Below, one piece after another: positions 17,316-32,289 of a DNA stretch of 32,459 nt. The position numbers and the translations under genes were made by a program. The stretch's first letter is position 1, and each line of letters starts with the position of its first letter. The DNA lies in the NCBI GenBank assembly GCA_048128005.1, contig JBEUKZ010000029.1:124001-156459 (forward strand), read 5' to 3'. The notes beneath the pieces are model-generated. The model was given only the letters and a program-made list of their open reading frames with translations, was not told where the DNA came from and did not search any database. The stretch comes from Veleropilina oligotropha. Lineage: Eukaryota.

Positions 17316-17610
17316 GAAGGTTTCATGAACAATCCTGTATGTGTGGCGAAGTGGAATCATCCTGTATGTGTGGCGAAGGTTTCATGAACAATCCTGTATG
17401 TGTGGCGAAGGTTTCATGAACAATCCTGTATGTGTGGCGAATGTTTCATGAACAATCCAGTATGTGTGGCGAAGGTTTCATGAACAATCCTGTATGTGTG
17501 GCGAAGGTTTCATGAACAATCCTGTATGTGTGGCGAAGGTTTCATGAACAATCCTGTATGTGTGGCGAAGGTTTCATGAACAATCCTGTATGTGTGGCGA
17601 AGTGGAATCA
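17316..17610. repeat. 32-bp minisatellite (GAAGGTTTCATGAACAATCCTGTATGTGTGGC)n
   Basis: Eight full units plus one 27-bp variant (17348-17374), head to tail with no spacers. Confidence 0.95.
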
Positions 17611-18714
17611 GCATTGACATAAGAATATGAGCACTGAGGTTATTATCCCGATAATCAAAAAAATATATTTTATCAACGTGCCTTTTTTGTTTCGATTATT
17701 GTGATATATTTGGCTGCCGTGTTGCTATCCCCCCGAATAAGATCAGAGTCGGAATCAGGATCCGGATTCGGTTTTTCAACCGTCGCGAGAAACCTATTCT
17801 GGCGTTCACCATTGCGTTCCTTGGTCCGGGGAAGATGGCATCATTGTACTATATAATATGATCTTGAGCCTTTCAAAGTAATCGAGCTTGGTTATTATTT
17901 AGTTAAGTTGTATTTTTTTATATTCCTCCTGTATTGCGAAGGTTGTTAAGATTGTTTGATACATGCTGTGGATAAATACATTCTGATATTGAGAATATCT
18001 GCGTCCTATAAAATACGAAACTAGATGTCCGTTCTCGATAAGGGTTTCAGAAAATGCAGGCTGCCAAGTATTGTTCTTGAAGAAGGATTTGTCCTGATAA
18101 ATCAGGTCGACTGGAATGTTCGTGGTCATCAATATAACAGAGAGGAGGTGGTGGTGTGGTGGGAATGGACACACGAAATATCAAATTTGTGGTTCCATGT
18201 CAGCTTTCGAACCTGATGACGTCATTTGAATCATGATTAGATATTATTAATCTATCTTATGACAGAAGGCATTTTATGAATGTTTTTGACGGATTATAAA
18301 GAATTACCAATTGGTCTTTTGATATATAAATATTTGCATAAAATAAAACAAGCATAATATATTATCTGAATATTATCACCGCAGCACAGTCACTGAAGGT
18401 TGACATTGGAGTGGTGACTACACAATAATTATATATAATTATTACTCTGAATATCCAATTGATGGATCATATTGTTATTTGACTAACATATTATTAATAT
18501 GGTAGCAAAACGTGCAATGTAATTAATACATTATTGACGGGTTGGATAATTACACCAAACAAGAGGCGCACAAAATTTTGTTGGCATTCGTTCACATATC
18601 CAGCCAGTACTGTCGCCCAAGCATACATTCGTTCTCCAATGAATAGGGCAGAAGTCGATATATCGGCTTTATACAGATAAAGGGTGTCACATGATAGCAT
18701 AGTGATGTGAACCT

Positions 18715-18933
18715 ATTTCACTCATCAACTAAGAACAGGGCTAATTTCTTTCATTTATTTCGAAAATAAGCTGTTGAATATAACCTGCCAGCATCGACCA
18801 GTCATTAACTACTGTTAACATTCTAATTTCACTCATCAACTCCGAACCAGGCTACTTTCTTTCACTTTATTGATAAAGGGCAGAAGCAACTTGGGTAATT
18901 TAACAGAACATCATCGGTCAGTCATTGACTAGT
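18715..18933. repeat. Diverged tandem duplication, period ~111 bp
   Basis: ATTTCACTCATCAACT...GGCTAnTTTCTTTCA...CAGTCATTrACTA occurs at 18715 and 18826. Confidence 0.7.
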
Positions 18934-19139
18934 ATGACTACTGGCAACACTCAACCAGCGGTGAGGCCAGATTATGATGAAGATATTTGTTACACTAATA
19001 AACAAAACTCCTAATAAAAAACACAATGCAATTTACAAATTATTGATGTGTTGGTACAAATGCACAAAACAACAAGAACACACAACTTTTTGTGTCATTC
19101 GTTATCAAATTCTGCCGATACAACTCCACTCGATTTGGA

Positions 19140-19370
19140 ATACGATCCGGAGCTTTCGATGGCGAGCAAATTTCGACCATAGCTTATTCACACAATTTGA
19201 ATCCGTTATAACCAACATTTTTAATCTGATGCATGAGCCATGTGTATTAATTTTGCGGGCAGCAAAACTGATTCAAAGGTTACTGACGCCAGTAATTGTT
19301 CCAAATATATGCCATCAATATGCTGAACCTCCCAACCATGCCGTTACCATTTGGTTGGTACACTGGTAAA
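19140..19370 (-). pseudogene. Possible heavily decayed LTR-retrotransposon (Gypsy-like) integrase fragment
   Basis: The minus strand reads PVYQPNGNGMVGRF (cf. PYHPQGNGxVERFN), then MAHA and YGRNLLAIE in other frames; several stops and shifts. Confidence 0.3.
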
Positions 19371-19884
19371 ACTGCAGTAATAATTCATGTAAAGATAACA
19401 AACTATGTTTGACACTGCAGGCGTGCGTGCTTGGAGTTTGGTTTCTATCGAGACTCAATATCCCACCTAACACTCTTCACCCTTCGGGCTCACGCCAGGA
19501 TATGCTCATGTCAACGAGGGTTAAAATCCATACCATCTGCCTGAATCCCGCACAGTTATGGACCAATGTTTATATTACCACAAAGTGTCAAGACTTGAAA
19601 TCGAGGATTCAAAACCAGTCAGCATGTCATTGCATATTTTGGTACGATGAGGTTGGATCACCGTTTTAACTCACACGAATGCCAGTGCGACGCCATATTG
19701 AGATAAAAGTGCATAGAATTATATAGAATATATTTATAGAACATGTGTATTAATATATTGTCAATAGCCAACTTTAAAAAAAACATGTCACTAAAATCTT
19801 CAAAGTAAAATATAGCGTGCTTTCATATACATATATATATTAGTGTGCCCCCCCCCAAGTGATATTATCTACCTACGTGCCTGA

Positions 19885-20262
19885 CATGTACACATATATA
19901 CACATATACATATATACTCATATATACATACATATACATATACATATAATACATACATACATACTAGTATATACACATCCATATACATATATATACATAT
20001 ACACATACTAGTATATACACATCCATGTACATATATATACATATATACATGCATATAGATATATACATGTACATGTGCATGTGCATGTGCATGTGCATGT
20101 GCATGTGCATGTGCATGTGCATGTACATGTGCATGTGCATGTGCATGTGCATGTGCATGTGCATGTGCATGTGCATGTGCATATGCATGTGCATGTGCAT
20201 GTGCATGTGCATGTGCATGTGTGCATGTGCATGTGCATGTGCATGTGCATGCGCATATGCAT
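19885..20262. repeat. Compound microsatellite (TA/CA-rich, then (CATGTG)n)
   Basis: Directly visible. Confidence 0.95.
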
Positions 20263-20439
20263 ATAATAATAATAATAATGAGAGATTTATATAGCGCAAG
20301 ATCAGGAAAAGGATTCTAGCACTTTGCGCTTTACAATGATTGAATCAGAACACTTAAACAGACAATGATAAACAATATACATTTACAAGACATACATATT
20401 TTATATCCGACTTGACACAATTAATGAAAAAGTTGATAG

Positions 20440-21470
<1,031 letters not shown>

Positions 21471-21994
21471 GGTGCATTAAAAGCTGTATTATAGGTATAA
21501 CGGTTAGCTTTATATGATAAAGTAGTGTTTTTGAGCATATCATATTTTGGCAATTCATGAATTTTTGTATATGAATGTGTCGAGCGTCCTTTTAAAAGGA
21601 CGCTACTATTGAGTTAAAAAAATCATGGAAAAAATAACGTGGCCATTAATTTTGATATACTATTGTCAAATACATATATTTGTAAATGTAATTATGATAT
21701 AGGGTATGCAAAATCTACTAAAGACTAAACATATAATCTTTTACTTTTGCATGTCATGTTGACACCTCAATCACCATGGATTTTCTTATATGACCTTGAT
21801 GATGTGACCTTGAAACTAATAATCTGACATTTGACCTTCATCTACTGTGTAGGTCATTCAGGCTGTGACTTTAAACCCTACTAACCCAGTTTAAAAAGTT
21901 TGTTGGTTACCATGGAAACTGGCTTTGGGTAAGGTGTCCTTTTAAAGGACGCTAGGCATAGGCATATATGGGTGTAGTAAATAAAATAATTATC

Positions 21995-23640
21995 ATTATT
22001 CGAACTTGATCCATCCCATTATCACATTGTGGTTAGTTGGTCTGTGAAGTTTCAGAAAGCTAACATTTTTTTAAATGGAAAATTTAGTTGTGAGAAAATT
22101 GATAAATTTCATGCAGAGACTATGTTTTAAATCAGCAAAATTCAGCATTAAATCAAGCTTTGAAAGCTTAAAAAATCCCCAATATTTGAACTTGACCTAC
22201 CCCATTATGAGGTTAGTTGATCTGTAAAGTTTCAGAAAAATAGCACCTCTGTAAATGAAATAAGGACATGTGAGAAAATGGACCGCATCCATGTTTGCAG
22301 TGACTATATGTATAAAATTGCCAAAAAGCCATCAATTTAAAAAAAATATTCCCCATATTCGAAAAGGAAAAAGGAAAGGATCAATGCTTATTGTCCTGTA
22401 TATTTCCAAGTTATTTAGGTTCAAACCACGACATGTCTGTATTATCGCGGGAGGGAAGCCCGCCCGCTTGGACCAGTTATGTACAACTGTCATTCATAAC
22501 TTGAACAAATAATTGACAACATCCATGCTTCCAGAGACTATATTCAATATCACGAAAAACCTAAAAGTTTTCAAAATAAATTCCCAATATTCGAAATTGA
22601 TCTACCCAATGATGTGATTAATTGATCGGTAAAGTTTCAGAAAGCTAGAAATTCTCAATATGAAAACAAGAAATTCCGCAGAATTATATGTCTCGCCCAC
22701 CCCGGCTTACCTTGAAGGGACACATATTCAGTTTGCAAAGCAATAATTCAGAAGAACTACCTATATGCATCGCTGATCATAATATAGTTATAGTAAGACT
22801 TAAAGTTTCAGAGAAATAGAAATAAAGACAAAATATTATTATTATACACTCGAGATTTAATATATTTGCAGCAGCTAAACCATAACAAAATCATAATATC
22901 CCGGCTTATTGTCAGGGGACACAATGACTTGAACCTTGACCAACTGAGGAGAGTGATATTAGACACTGGATACAGTCTGTTCTTGTAATGACAATATACA
23001 CTGTCATCTCAAGAAACCCATGGAATAAACCATTGGGGAAGCCAGTTTTCAAAATCCATCTGATTTTGAAAATCCCAGCTTCACAGAGAGGCATTTAAGC
23101 TTAACAGCTTACTGTGCCTATTGGCAGTGAGCAAGTCTTACAGATAATCACATGTCCCTTTCATCATACACACATAAGACGTACAAAAATATCTCTGTTT
23201 CTTTTCTATCCTCAATATTTCAAGGCATAATTAAACTTTGTGTATGCGCAGCGAAAATAAATCATGTATACATTTCATTAAAAAAAGGTTTTAGGGGGGG
23301 GGGGTGAGGGTGAGCAAATCTAAAGGATTAACGTGTTTAACAGGTTTTTACACGTGAAGTTTCATATTGAACTGATGTACGTTGTAGTGGAGAGATATCA
23401 ATATATCATCTTGAAACAATACGCAAAACCTTCACACAATATTTAAACGTTGGGGGTGGGGGGTGAGGGGGAAAAGCAATACCTATGTCTCGCTCCCTAC
23501 GGGCGAGACAAAAATTTAAAATCACATCCATGCTTCCAGAGAATATGTTCAAACGTCCTGAAAAGTCACCAAAAAACAATATCTTTTTAAAATAATTTCA
23601 CAATATTCGAACTTGATATAACCAATGGGTGTATTATGAT
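21995..23640. repeat. Array of diverged ~190-200 bp repeat units, interrupted by the element at 22665
   Basis: ATATTCGAACTTGA...GTTGATCTGTAAAGTTTCAGAAA and CATCCATGCTTCCAGAGACTAT motifs recur near 21998, 22181, 22586 and 23602. Confidence 0.6.
22665..23514 (-). mobile_element. Non-autonomous Helentron/DINE-type (HINE) element
   Basis: One end is AACAAG, then a short palindrome AATTCcgcaGAATT and subTIR TGTCTCGCCC (22689-22698). The other end is TATGTCTCGC...GGGCGAGACA-AAAA (23484-23514), i.e. a subTIR plus inverted repeat. Both ends lie in A/T runs and there is no TSD. Confidence 0.6.
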
Positions 23641-23934
23641 TGCCCCACATTGCTACTTCCAGGTAAGAAATAAATGTGGGACAATCAGGAATAGTTGGTT
23701 TCGTGATATAGGTGTTAATTGGTGCAGGCGATGTTAGTACAATAGGGATTAAGCTATAGCCTGACACAGATAAGTTGGGTTTTCTAGTGGTAAAATATAT
23801 CTTGGTGGGGTTTAATCTCTACCTTGGGGGAGAAAAGGGATTCTAATCTATATCACAAGTCATCATACCTGTATAAAAATCAAATCATTTATTGTAGCAC
23901 TGGAAAATATACATATAAATATGTATAAATACAT

Positions 23935-24340
23935 ATAAACATAGTCCGTAAATGATGTGACATTGACATTGATGTCCACATCTTCCAGTGCTGTCAGAGC
24001 CTGGAACCACACATCTCCAACCTCTGTCACAGGAACTAGTGGCAGAACAGCAGCTCGCCTGACAAGTCTATGAACATCTTCATTCTCACGATATGGAATA
24101 GCCAGTCCACTAGCCTGTGCACTGTGCAAAGTGAAAGAAACACCCCTTCATCTCCACTCCAGGAAATACCTGTTTCGCAGCAACCTTTGGTGTTTCTTCA
24201 AAGTCTAAGAAGAACTGGTCCGGGTTTAGGCGTAATCCGAGATCTGCACACTTTGTTTTTAGTGTCCGAATACTGTCTGGTACATCTCTCTGGATTTGCC
24301 TGGTAGAAAGGCATACACAAGATGATACATATCCCCAACA
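23935..24340 (-). pseudogene. MULE (Mutator-like) transposase fragment
   Basis: LNPDQFFLDFEE...AAKQVFPGVEMKGCFFHFAQC (DFE and CxFH motifs), continuing in another frame as GLAIPYRENEDVHRLVRRAAVLPLVP...FTDY. Confidence 0.85.
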
Positions 24341-24344
24341 ATAA

Positions 24345-24422
24345 AACCAGGGCCTATGTCCATGCAATTGACAACAAATGTCAATTCATTTGTTCTCAAT
24401 TGCATGGACATAGGCCCTGGTT
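24345..24422. repeat. 78-bp near-perfect palindrome (tiny MITE-like)
   Basis: 36-bp arms with one mismatch around a 6-nt loop TCAATT. Confidence 0.9.
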
Positions 24423-25608
24423 AATGCTATTGTTTGCGGTATTAATTGAACAGTGAAGGGCCAGGTCATATGAGTTATATTGTTAATATATTAAGCTCAT
24501 GTTATGTATTAATCAACATATCCCCTTCCTTCTGATGTATCCAAAACGTACAGGACTCCCTGAGGGATCAAGGGCATGTCACGATTTAAATATGATGCAA
24601 GAAAGGTTGTGCCTTGAGCAGCTGAGATGACGTGCACCATTATCTGCACATATTTTGTATGGAATCATGAAGATTCATATATTCGAACAACAATTGTATA
24701 TAAACATAGGTGGTAGAAGGTATTGATGTTATCATCATTTAATGTTCAGTTCATAACATAGGGAACACATATAACAAATTGCCTACATTATAATCAATCT
24801 GAAATCATACTGAGATGTGACCAAATTGAATTTATGTGATTTGTTATTTGACACCAAATGATTTGAATGATATATACATACACTATTGACACAATATATT
24901 TTTTAGGAAATATATACCAAAATATAGTATAATAGTTATTATTTTAACCATTGGCGATAACATTATTTAAATGAAATGTGCACAATCTTTGCCACTATTT
25001 TTTAGTGTTGCTATTGCCCATGCATGCACTCGTTTGAATAAAAGGTTTCAAAATAGATAAATGGCCGATCCTATGAAGATAAATCTGAAATGATCGGGTG
25101 TTGGGCCTTTTTGGAAGTAGGGGTTCTTAATTTACGAAATATACTACCAGCTAACCGCGCGTGGGACGGGACCCCATGTGGAGGAGTATTTTGATAATTA
25201 ACGGTATGAAATCTCATGACAGGGATCACGCGATATTTTTTACCAACAATTATGAACAATTCTCACCGAATAATATGAATCACTATGAGTAAATTTTGCT
25301 TTTAAATTGAGAATTAAATTGAAGGGGCCGGGTTCCACTTATAGCCCCAACCCAATCTGGCAAAATTAGTGAACAAGTTATCAGTCGGTTTCCGAGATCC
25401 AGCTCCGGACAGAGTGTAGTTTTGTGATTTCCTACCTTTTACCCGACAGTTCGATAGGATGAGTTATATTCTGTTATATTTTTCAGTCTTCTGCAAATTC
25501 ATTTCACCATTACCAGATCTATTTATATTTTTTAGGAAATGTTTTTCGATATTCATTTGATCCGGATATACTTTTTGGTTTATAAAACAAAGATAAGAAA
25601 CTAAGGGC

Positions 25609-25760
25609 GACAAAAGTGGTCGGGCCCGGTTGACCTAAGTCGTGACATCGTCTTTAGCGACATAAGTGGCTGATATTTTTGACAAAACTGGGGAGGTTGA
25701 CAAATGTGGTTGGTATGAATTGACAAAACTAGTGTGCTATGACAAAAGTGGTTGAGGTAA
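25609..25760 (+). repeat. Short motif array GACAAAAGTGGT-like (x6), probable transposon subterminal repeats
   Basis: GACAAAAGTGG, GACATAAGTGG, GACAAAACTGG, GACAAATGTGG, GACAAAACTAG and GACAAAAGTGG occur at irregular spacing. Confidence 0.5.
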
Positions 25761-26113
25761 CATAATTGGGCGCTACATACGTGTGAAAATGGGACTAAAA
25801 TCATATAAACATATTTTCTGTCCTATTTCAATCAGCTCTTTTTCGCTTAACTTGTAATTACTTTATTTATTATATGCCAGTCGTTTTCTGCCGCCTATTC
25901 TCGCGCAGTTTTCCGATACCCTGTATCACGGACACAGCTGATATCGATTCAGAAAACGTCTCCTGCTTATATATTCAAAATGGCTGACAAATCGTAGGAA
26001 CTACTTCCAATATAGTCCTGTACTATTTCAACCTCCCTTACAGATTCCTGACTAAGATTACCATAATCTTTCGATACAATTTAATAAGGAACTTGTTGTG
26101 GCATATAATAAAA

Positions 26114-26283
26114 ATGTTATCAGTTATTGTGTGGATTCTGGCACATCTGAAACCTCTCGTGACGTCGTATTTTTTGCGGCGGATAAATCGCTCGAACTTC
26201 GTTCTCGCGATTAATCCGCCGCAAAAACTACGACGTCACTCGAGGTTTCCGATGTGCTAGAATCCACACAATACTGATAACAT
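26114..26283. mobile_element. 170-bp fold-back palindromic element
   Basis: Arms of ~83 bp (ATGTTATCAG...GAAC / GTTC...CTGATAACAT) around a TTC loop, with a few mismatches. Confidence 0.8.
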
Positions 26284-26924
26284 CATTTTGTCACAACATG
26301 AGCCAGGTAGGATAAGGACATTAATAATGTTTGTTTTGTATGTTTTTTGCCAGGCGGATGCCAATTATGCATTTGTTCTTTCAGAAAAATCAAAATGGCT
26401 GATATATAGGTGTCAAAATGGAGATCTTCCAAAGTTAAATTATATTTCCGGCTTTGTTTCTGTATATTTAAATTTTCCAAGTATTAGTGCTAATCACCAA
26501 AGCATATATCAACAATGTTAAGTGTTTAATATGCACCATTAAAAACCAAGAAGGATCCACACACCGCCCCTAAAAGGATTTTAGTCTTTCATATAGGCCA
26601 ACGATTGTGAACCGCCAATGTCAAATTTATTCAGTCCAGCGCATTCTTTTACGTTTAACTGAAGTCGGTATCGCTAGATGACCATGAGCCTCTGGAAAAG
26701 CCTAAGCTCTGCTTTCAATTTCACCAACTTTTGACCTCTGCTGTGGTATTTAACTATTACTCCCTACAATGTTCCAATTTTCCTTGTCTACATTTTGTCA
26801 CGTCAGTTAGACGTTCCATTACAAATGGCTTAATCTGGTGTCATTCATTGATATCTTTGGACATTTTATATATCATAGTATCTTGATTATGATTTATGTA
26901 ATAAGTATTATTTATTGCTATTTC

Positions 26925-27530
26925 CTGGGGCCACTTGTCGATGTGATTTGTAATAAAAGACTTCTTCTGGATATTGGAAAACTGTCTCCGGCAGAACAGA
27001 CGTCGCAGCCGGAAGCCTACCACAAACTTGTTTGTAAGTTTGCTCCCAAATTTCAACACTTCTAAGTTCTTTTATGGAGCAATGAAAGCCGGGTATTTTA
27101 TTTTACAAAATATTTATTACTATCTTTATACCTTCGTTCCAATCAGCACTGCGCGATCTTTGCTCCTCTATCTCTGATATTAAAATATCAAGTGCCAAAC
27201 TGCTTGCATGACGAATTATTGATATGGAAAAAGCGCTATATTAAATGTCAATAAATAATAATAATAATATGTATTCCTTGTGTGGTGAATTATCTCAAAA
27301 TTAAGAAAATGAATTAAAATCTCTATTTAGATATTAATATTGCGCATTGTGGGGCCAATATCAACAGTGCGTTGTGTAAGGTGGGCCATTTCTTGTACAT
27401 GAATAGATGTATTCTTACAAGTGAACAATTTAAATTTTTCAGGTTACTGCTTGCTGTCTTACATCAAAACCAAAACGCAAGTAGAGAACAGGCAACGAAA
27501 CGAAACAATGAGAAGTTGTTAGATTATATT
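26925..27530 (+). pseudogene. Spliced C-terminal remnant of a Kolobok-like DDE transposase
   Basis: NKRLLLDIGKLSPAEQTSQPEAYHKLVCKFAPK...FYGAMKA, then a GT...AG intron (27093-27442), then LLLAVLHQNQNASREQAT. This matches the QTxxxExFH...APK...LAxLHxN pattern. Confidence 0.65.
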
Positions 27531-28494
27531 ATGTTACCTACTTTTAAGATAAGAGCAACTTCAATCTATGAAAGTTGGTTATTATTAATTCTGTACTTTT
27601 TATATTGTTTTCATTTTGTATATAATTAGCATAAATTTATACTTGTATATATAATATTTCATGAAGTGTTTATTGTTAATGCAACATGATTCAGTTCACT
27701 TTGTGAGGATTAAGACACGTCCAATTATAAAATTATGGTAATATATCACTCCATATTGATTGTTACTTTTGGTCCTTGTCGATAATTAATTGAGGAAATC
27801 ATTATTTATATTGTGACCTTATCCAACTGTGAATACTAATGAACTTGCATGCATTGCAATTAGATTACCATTTTGTGTTCATTGCTATTTTGTCACCCTT
27901 ATGCATCTGATTGAGGAAATCAATTTTTGCTGTTATCTGTGACATGATCAATACTATACTAAAACCAAATTGAATAGTACAAAATTACAAGACAGTCATA
28001 TTGTGTTGTTTGATTGATGGATTGAAAATATATCAAATTGTTTGCTTTGTCTCAATGGTAAGTTGTTTTGTTTATTTTAATTAATTATGCAGCACTATTT
28101 GTTGAGTTGATAATAGCTTCTGTTTTCAATTCACTTTCTTGCCTGCTCAGTCTACCATGAGTGGGTTCGATATAAGGACGTGTCAAGGACATAAATCATT
28201 GATCCAAACCAATCTAATTACTTAAGGCATTATGATATTCCGGCGACACAACTATGCTTCACTTCACCTAGGAACAAGATGACGAAATTGGGCTGCATTC
28301 GTTTCCACGACAAAGTTTTGCTTGTTTAATAAACTGAAAAACGGCAGCCAGTGATCATAATTGTAAACTTAGTAGATAAATATTAATTATGGAACATTAT
28401 ATTATTAAAATTTACCTGTGAATTGGCTGTTCATCGCCAATGTGACCATTTAAATCTACTAGTTTATATAATCTTAAATCGGTACTTCCAATAT

Positions 28495-28690
28495 GTGTGG
28501 CCGCCTCGTCAGCTGTGTTGTATCGATTGTGGACTCCGAAAAATCACTGGCTTGATTCCGCTGACGCGAACAGTAGTGGGTCTAGACCTCGGTTGGGCAG
28601 CACACATTTGTTCAAGTTATGAGTCACAGTTGCTCGTAACTGGTCGGAGAGGACGGGTTTATCCGGGCTACCGGGCTTTCCTCACGCGAT
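28495..28690 (+). mobile_element. Possible degraded tRNA-derived SINE
   Basis: B-box-like GTGGGTCTAGACC followed by GGTTTATCCGGGCTACCGGGCTTTCCTC, which resembles the V-domain SINE core. Locally GC-rich. Confidence 0.3.
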
Positions 28691-28789
28691 AATACGGACA
28701 TATCCTGCTTTGAACCAAATTATGATCCTGCTTTGAACCAAATTATGACTAGGAAATATACAGGATATTAAGCATCGATCCTTTCCTTT

Positions 28790-28945
28790 CCAAAACGTGT
28801 GTTCAGACACTTAATTCTAAATCCCTCGTGCTCTGTGATCCAGTTTAGATTGGCATACTCCATCTTTTGTTTGGAAAGTTCACACTTGCAGCAACATTTG
28901 CACGCGATTATAGAAGGCATCGTCGCACAGTTGTTGCAAGAACAC
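28790..28945 (-). pseudogene. KolX / P2X7-ballast-like Cys-rich exon remnant
   Basis: After a CAG acceptor: CSCNNCATMPSIIACKCCCK...WITEHEGFRIKCLN, then VLE after a shift. This fits CxCxxCxxM...CxCC...CITxHxGF...CLNxxVL. Confidence 0.7.
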
Positions 28946-29228
28946 CTGCAATGTGTAAGTGTAGTAAATATCTGGGATTCCAGGATGTACTTCCAAATAA
29001 AGGATTTCTCTACTTTCAGGAAATGTGCATGTCGTTAAACTAGGGTTCTTATGCTACTTACCCATCGGTAATTTCGTTAATTACATGGACTAATCCTGTT
29101 GAATTAGTTGTGTTGTATCTTATTAATGTAACAGTGGTGATCAGTAAATCCACTTATCAGGATATTTCCTTCCAATATGCGTAATGATAAATATTGATTG
29201 AAGCGAAAAACTCCCAATATATATATAC

Positions 29229-29265
<37 letters not shown>

Positions 29266-30265
29266 TAATAATTATAAATGAGGGCAATACAAATTTCAGC
29301 GTAATGCGAGAAATATGCGTACATCTCTGTATATAATAAAGGTTATATTAAGCCGCGTGAGCGCAGTGATATGAAACTTGTAATTATGCGCAAATTCAGG
29401 TAATTACACATTATTTAAAAAAATGTATGTCATGTTATGTATTGTATTAATTCATACAAGCGGCAAACCTGTAAGATTCTTAAAAACGTCAACCGAGAAA
29501 TTATCTCAATCATTTGAGACTAGACTGGAGAGATGAAACGCATCTATATAGTCTTATATATGCATGTATTTAACTGTAAATTGCACATTGATATAAATTT
29601 TATAAAATTAATTTAATAAGGAATAAAATGTTTATGGGAACGGATTTATAAACACCACTTTTACACTAGTGCAAATATTAAATATATACAGTCCCTATTT
29701 ATAGGCGCGATGACATTGTGGTCGTCCTCGTGGCAACCAATAATTATTTAGTGATCATATGAGCTTCTAAGCACTCGTACAAGTATATTGCTATTAAGTT
29801 CTTTTTCACAAGAGAATAAATATATACATAATTTATTCATATAAATACCAGTATTCAGAATCGCTATTCAGTTCAACATCGCTCGCAGAACATGATGCTT
29901 CTTGGACGGAACTATCGCTGTCACGATTAGCGAACGATTACGGCTCGCAGGAGGTTCAAACATATACGGTTGAACAACAAACTGCAAGTCTTCCTCGTGT
30001 TGTTCCGTTTCAATTTCCATAATAATACATAACGCGATTTTGAATCGATTAATGCTAATGTCAATATGATTTCGCTATTTGTAGATACTCTCTGGGGTAT
30101 AAATGACATCACGAATAGCAAACCAATGAAACTGCTCTACTTGACATCGTCCCCATTAACCGATTTTCTGACCGATAACGCGTGCGTCAGGTAAAATACA
30201 TGTCGTACATGTGAATTGAAGCGTGCAGAAATTCATATTAATTATATACATTTTAGCAAGTAATA

Positions 30266-30540
30266 CCAGGCGTGGATCCAGGAATTTCGCTTAGGGGGGA
30301 CGCTGAATTTACTATGAACTGTTCGCGTGGGGGCTGGGCCCCACGCGAAAGAAAATTTTGATAATCAACAGCCTGACACCCCCTCTCATGCACTCTGACA
30401 GGGCAAAAGCGATATTTCATTCTAACTATTTATGAACCACCGTCACTCAAATAGCACGAGTCAAATTTGTACTTTATTTTGTCCTAATAGAATTGTCCGC
30501 GTGGGGTCGGTGCCCCACGCGCACACGAAAATTTTGACAA
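30266..30540. repeat. MITE-like fragment with two CGCGTGGGG-n6-CCCCACGCG hairpins
   Basis: Starts CCAGGCGTGGATCCAGGAATTT...GGGGGG. The hairpin plus GAAAATTTTGA motif occurs at ~30324 and ~30498. Confidence 0.45.
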
Positions 30541-30765
30541 TAGGGAGGTTTTGCAACCTCCCCTGAACCTGATCGCGAACCTGTATAACTATTTGAAGGT
30601 GATGACATCATCAATTTCTGTGCACATTTATCATTTCCGATAAAAATACCCGCCTGTAGATACGCGTACGCTGTCCACACAATCGTGAAGAAACCCCGTG
30701 AAGTTGGTGTTCGGCCGAAACGTGGGAAATGGCAAACGTGAGTCTTATTTTGTGCCTACCATTCT

Positions 30766-32289
<1,524 letters not shown>

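Noticed and set aside
17316..17610. CRISPR-like array of 32-bp repeats
   Set aside because: Units are directly adjacent with no unique spacers, there are no cas genes, and the context is eukaryotic; it is a minisatellite.
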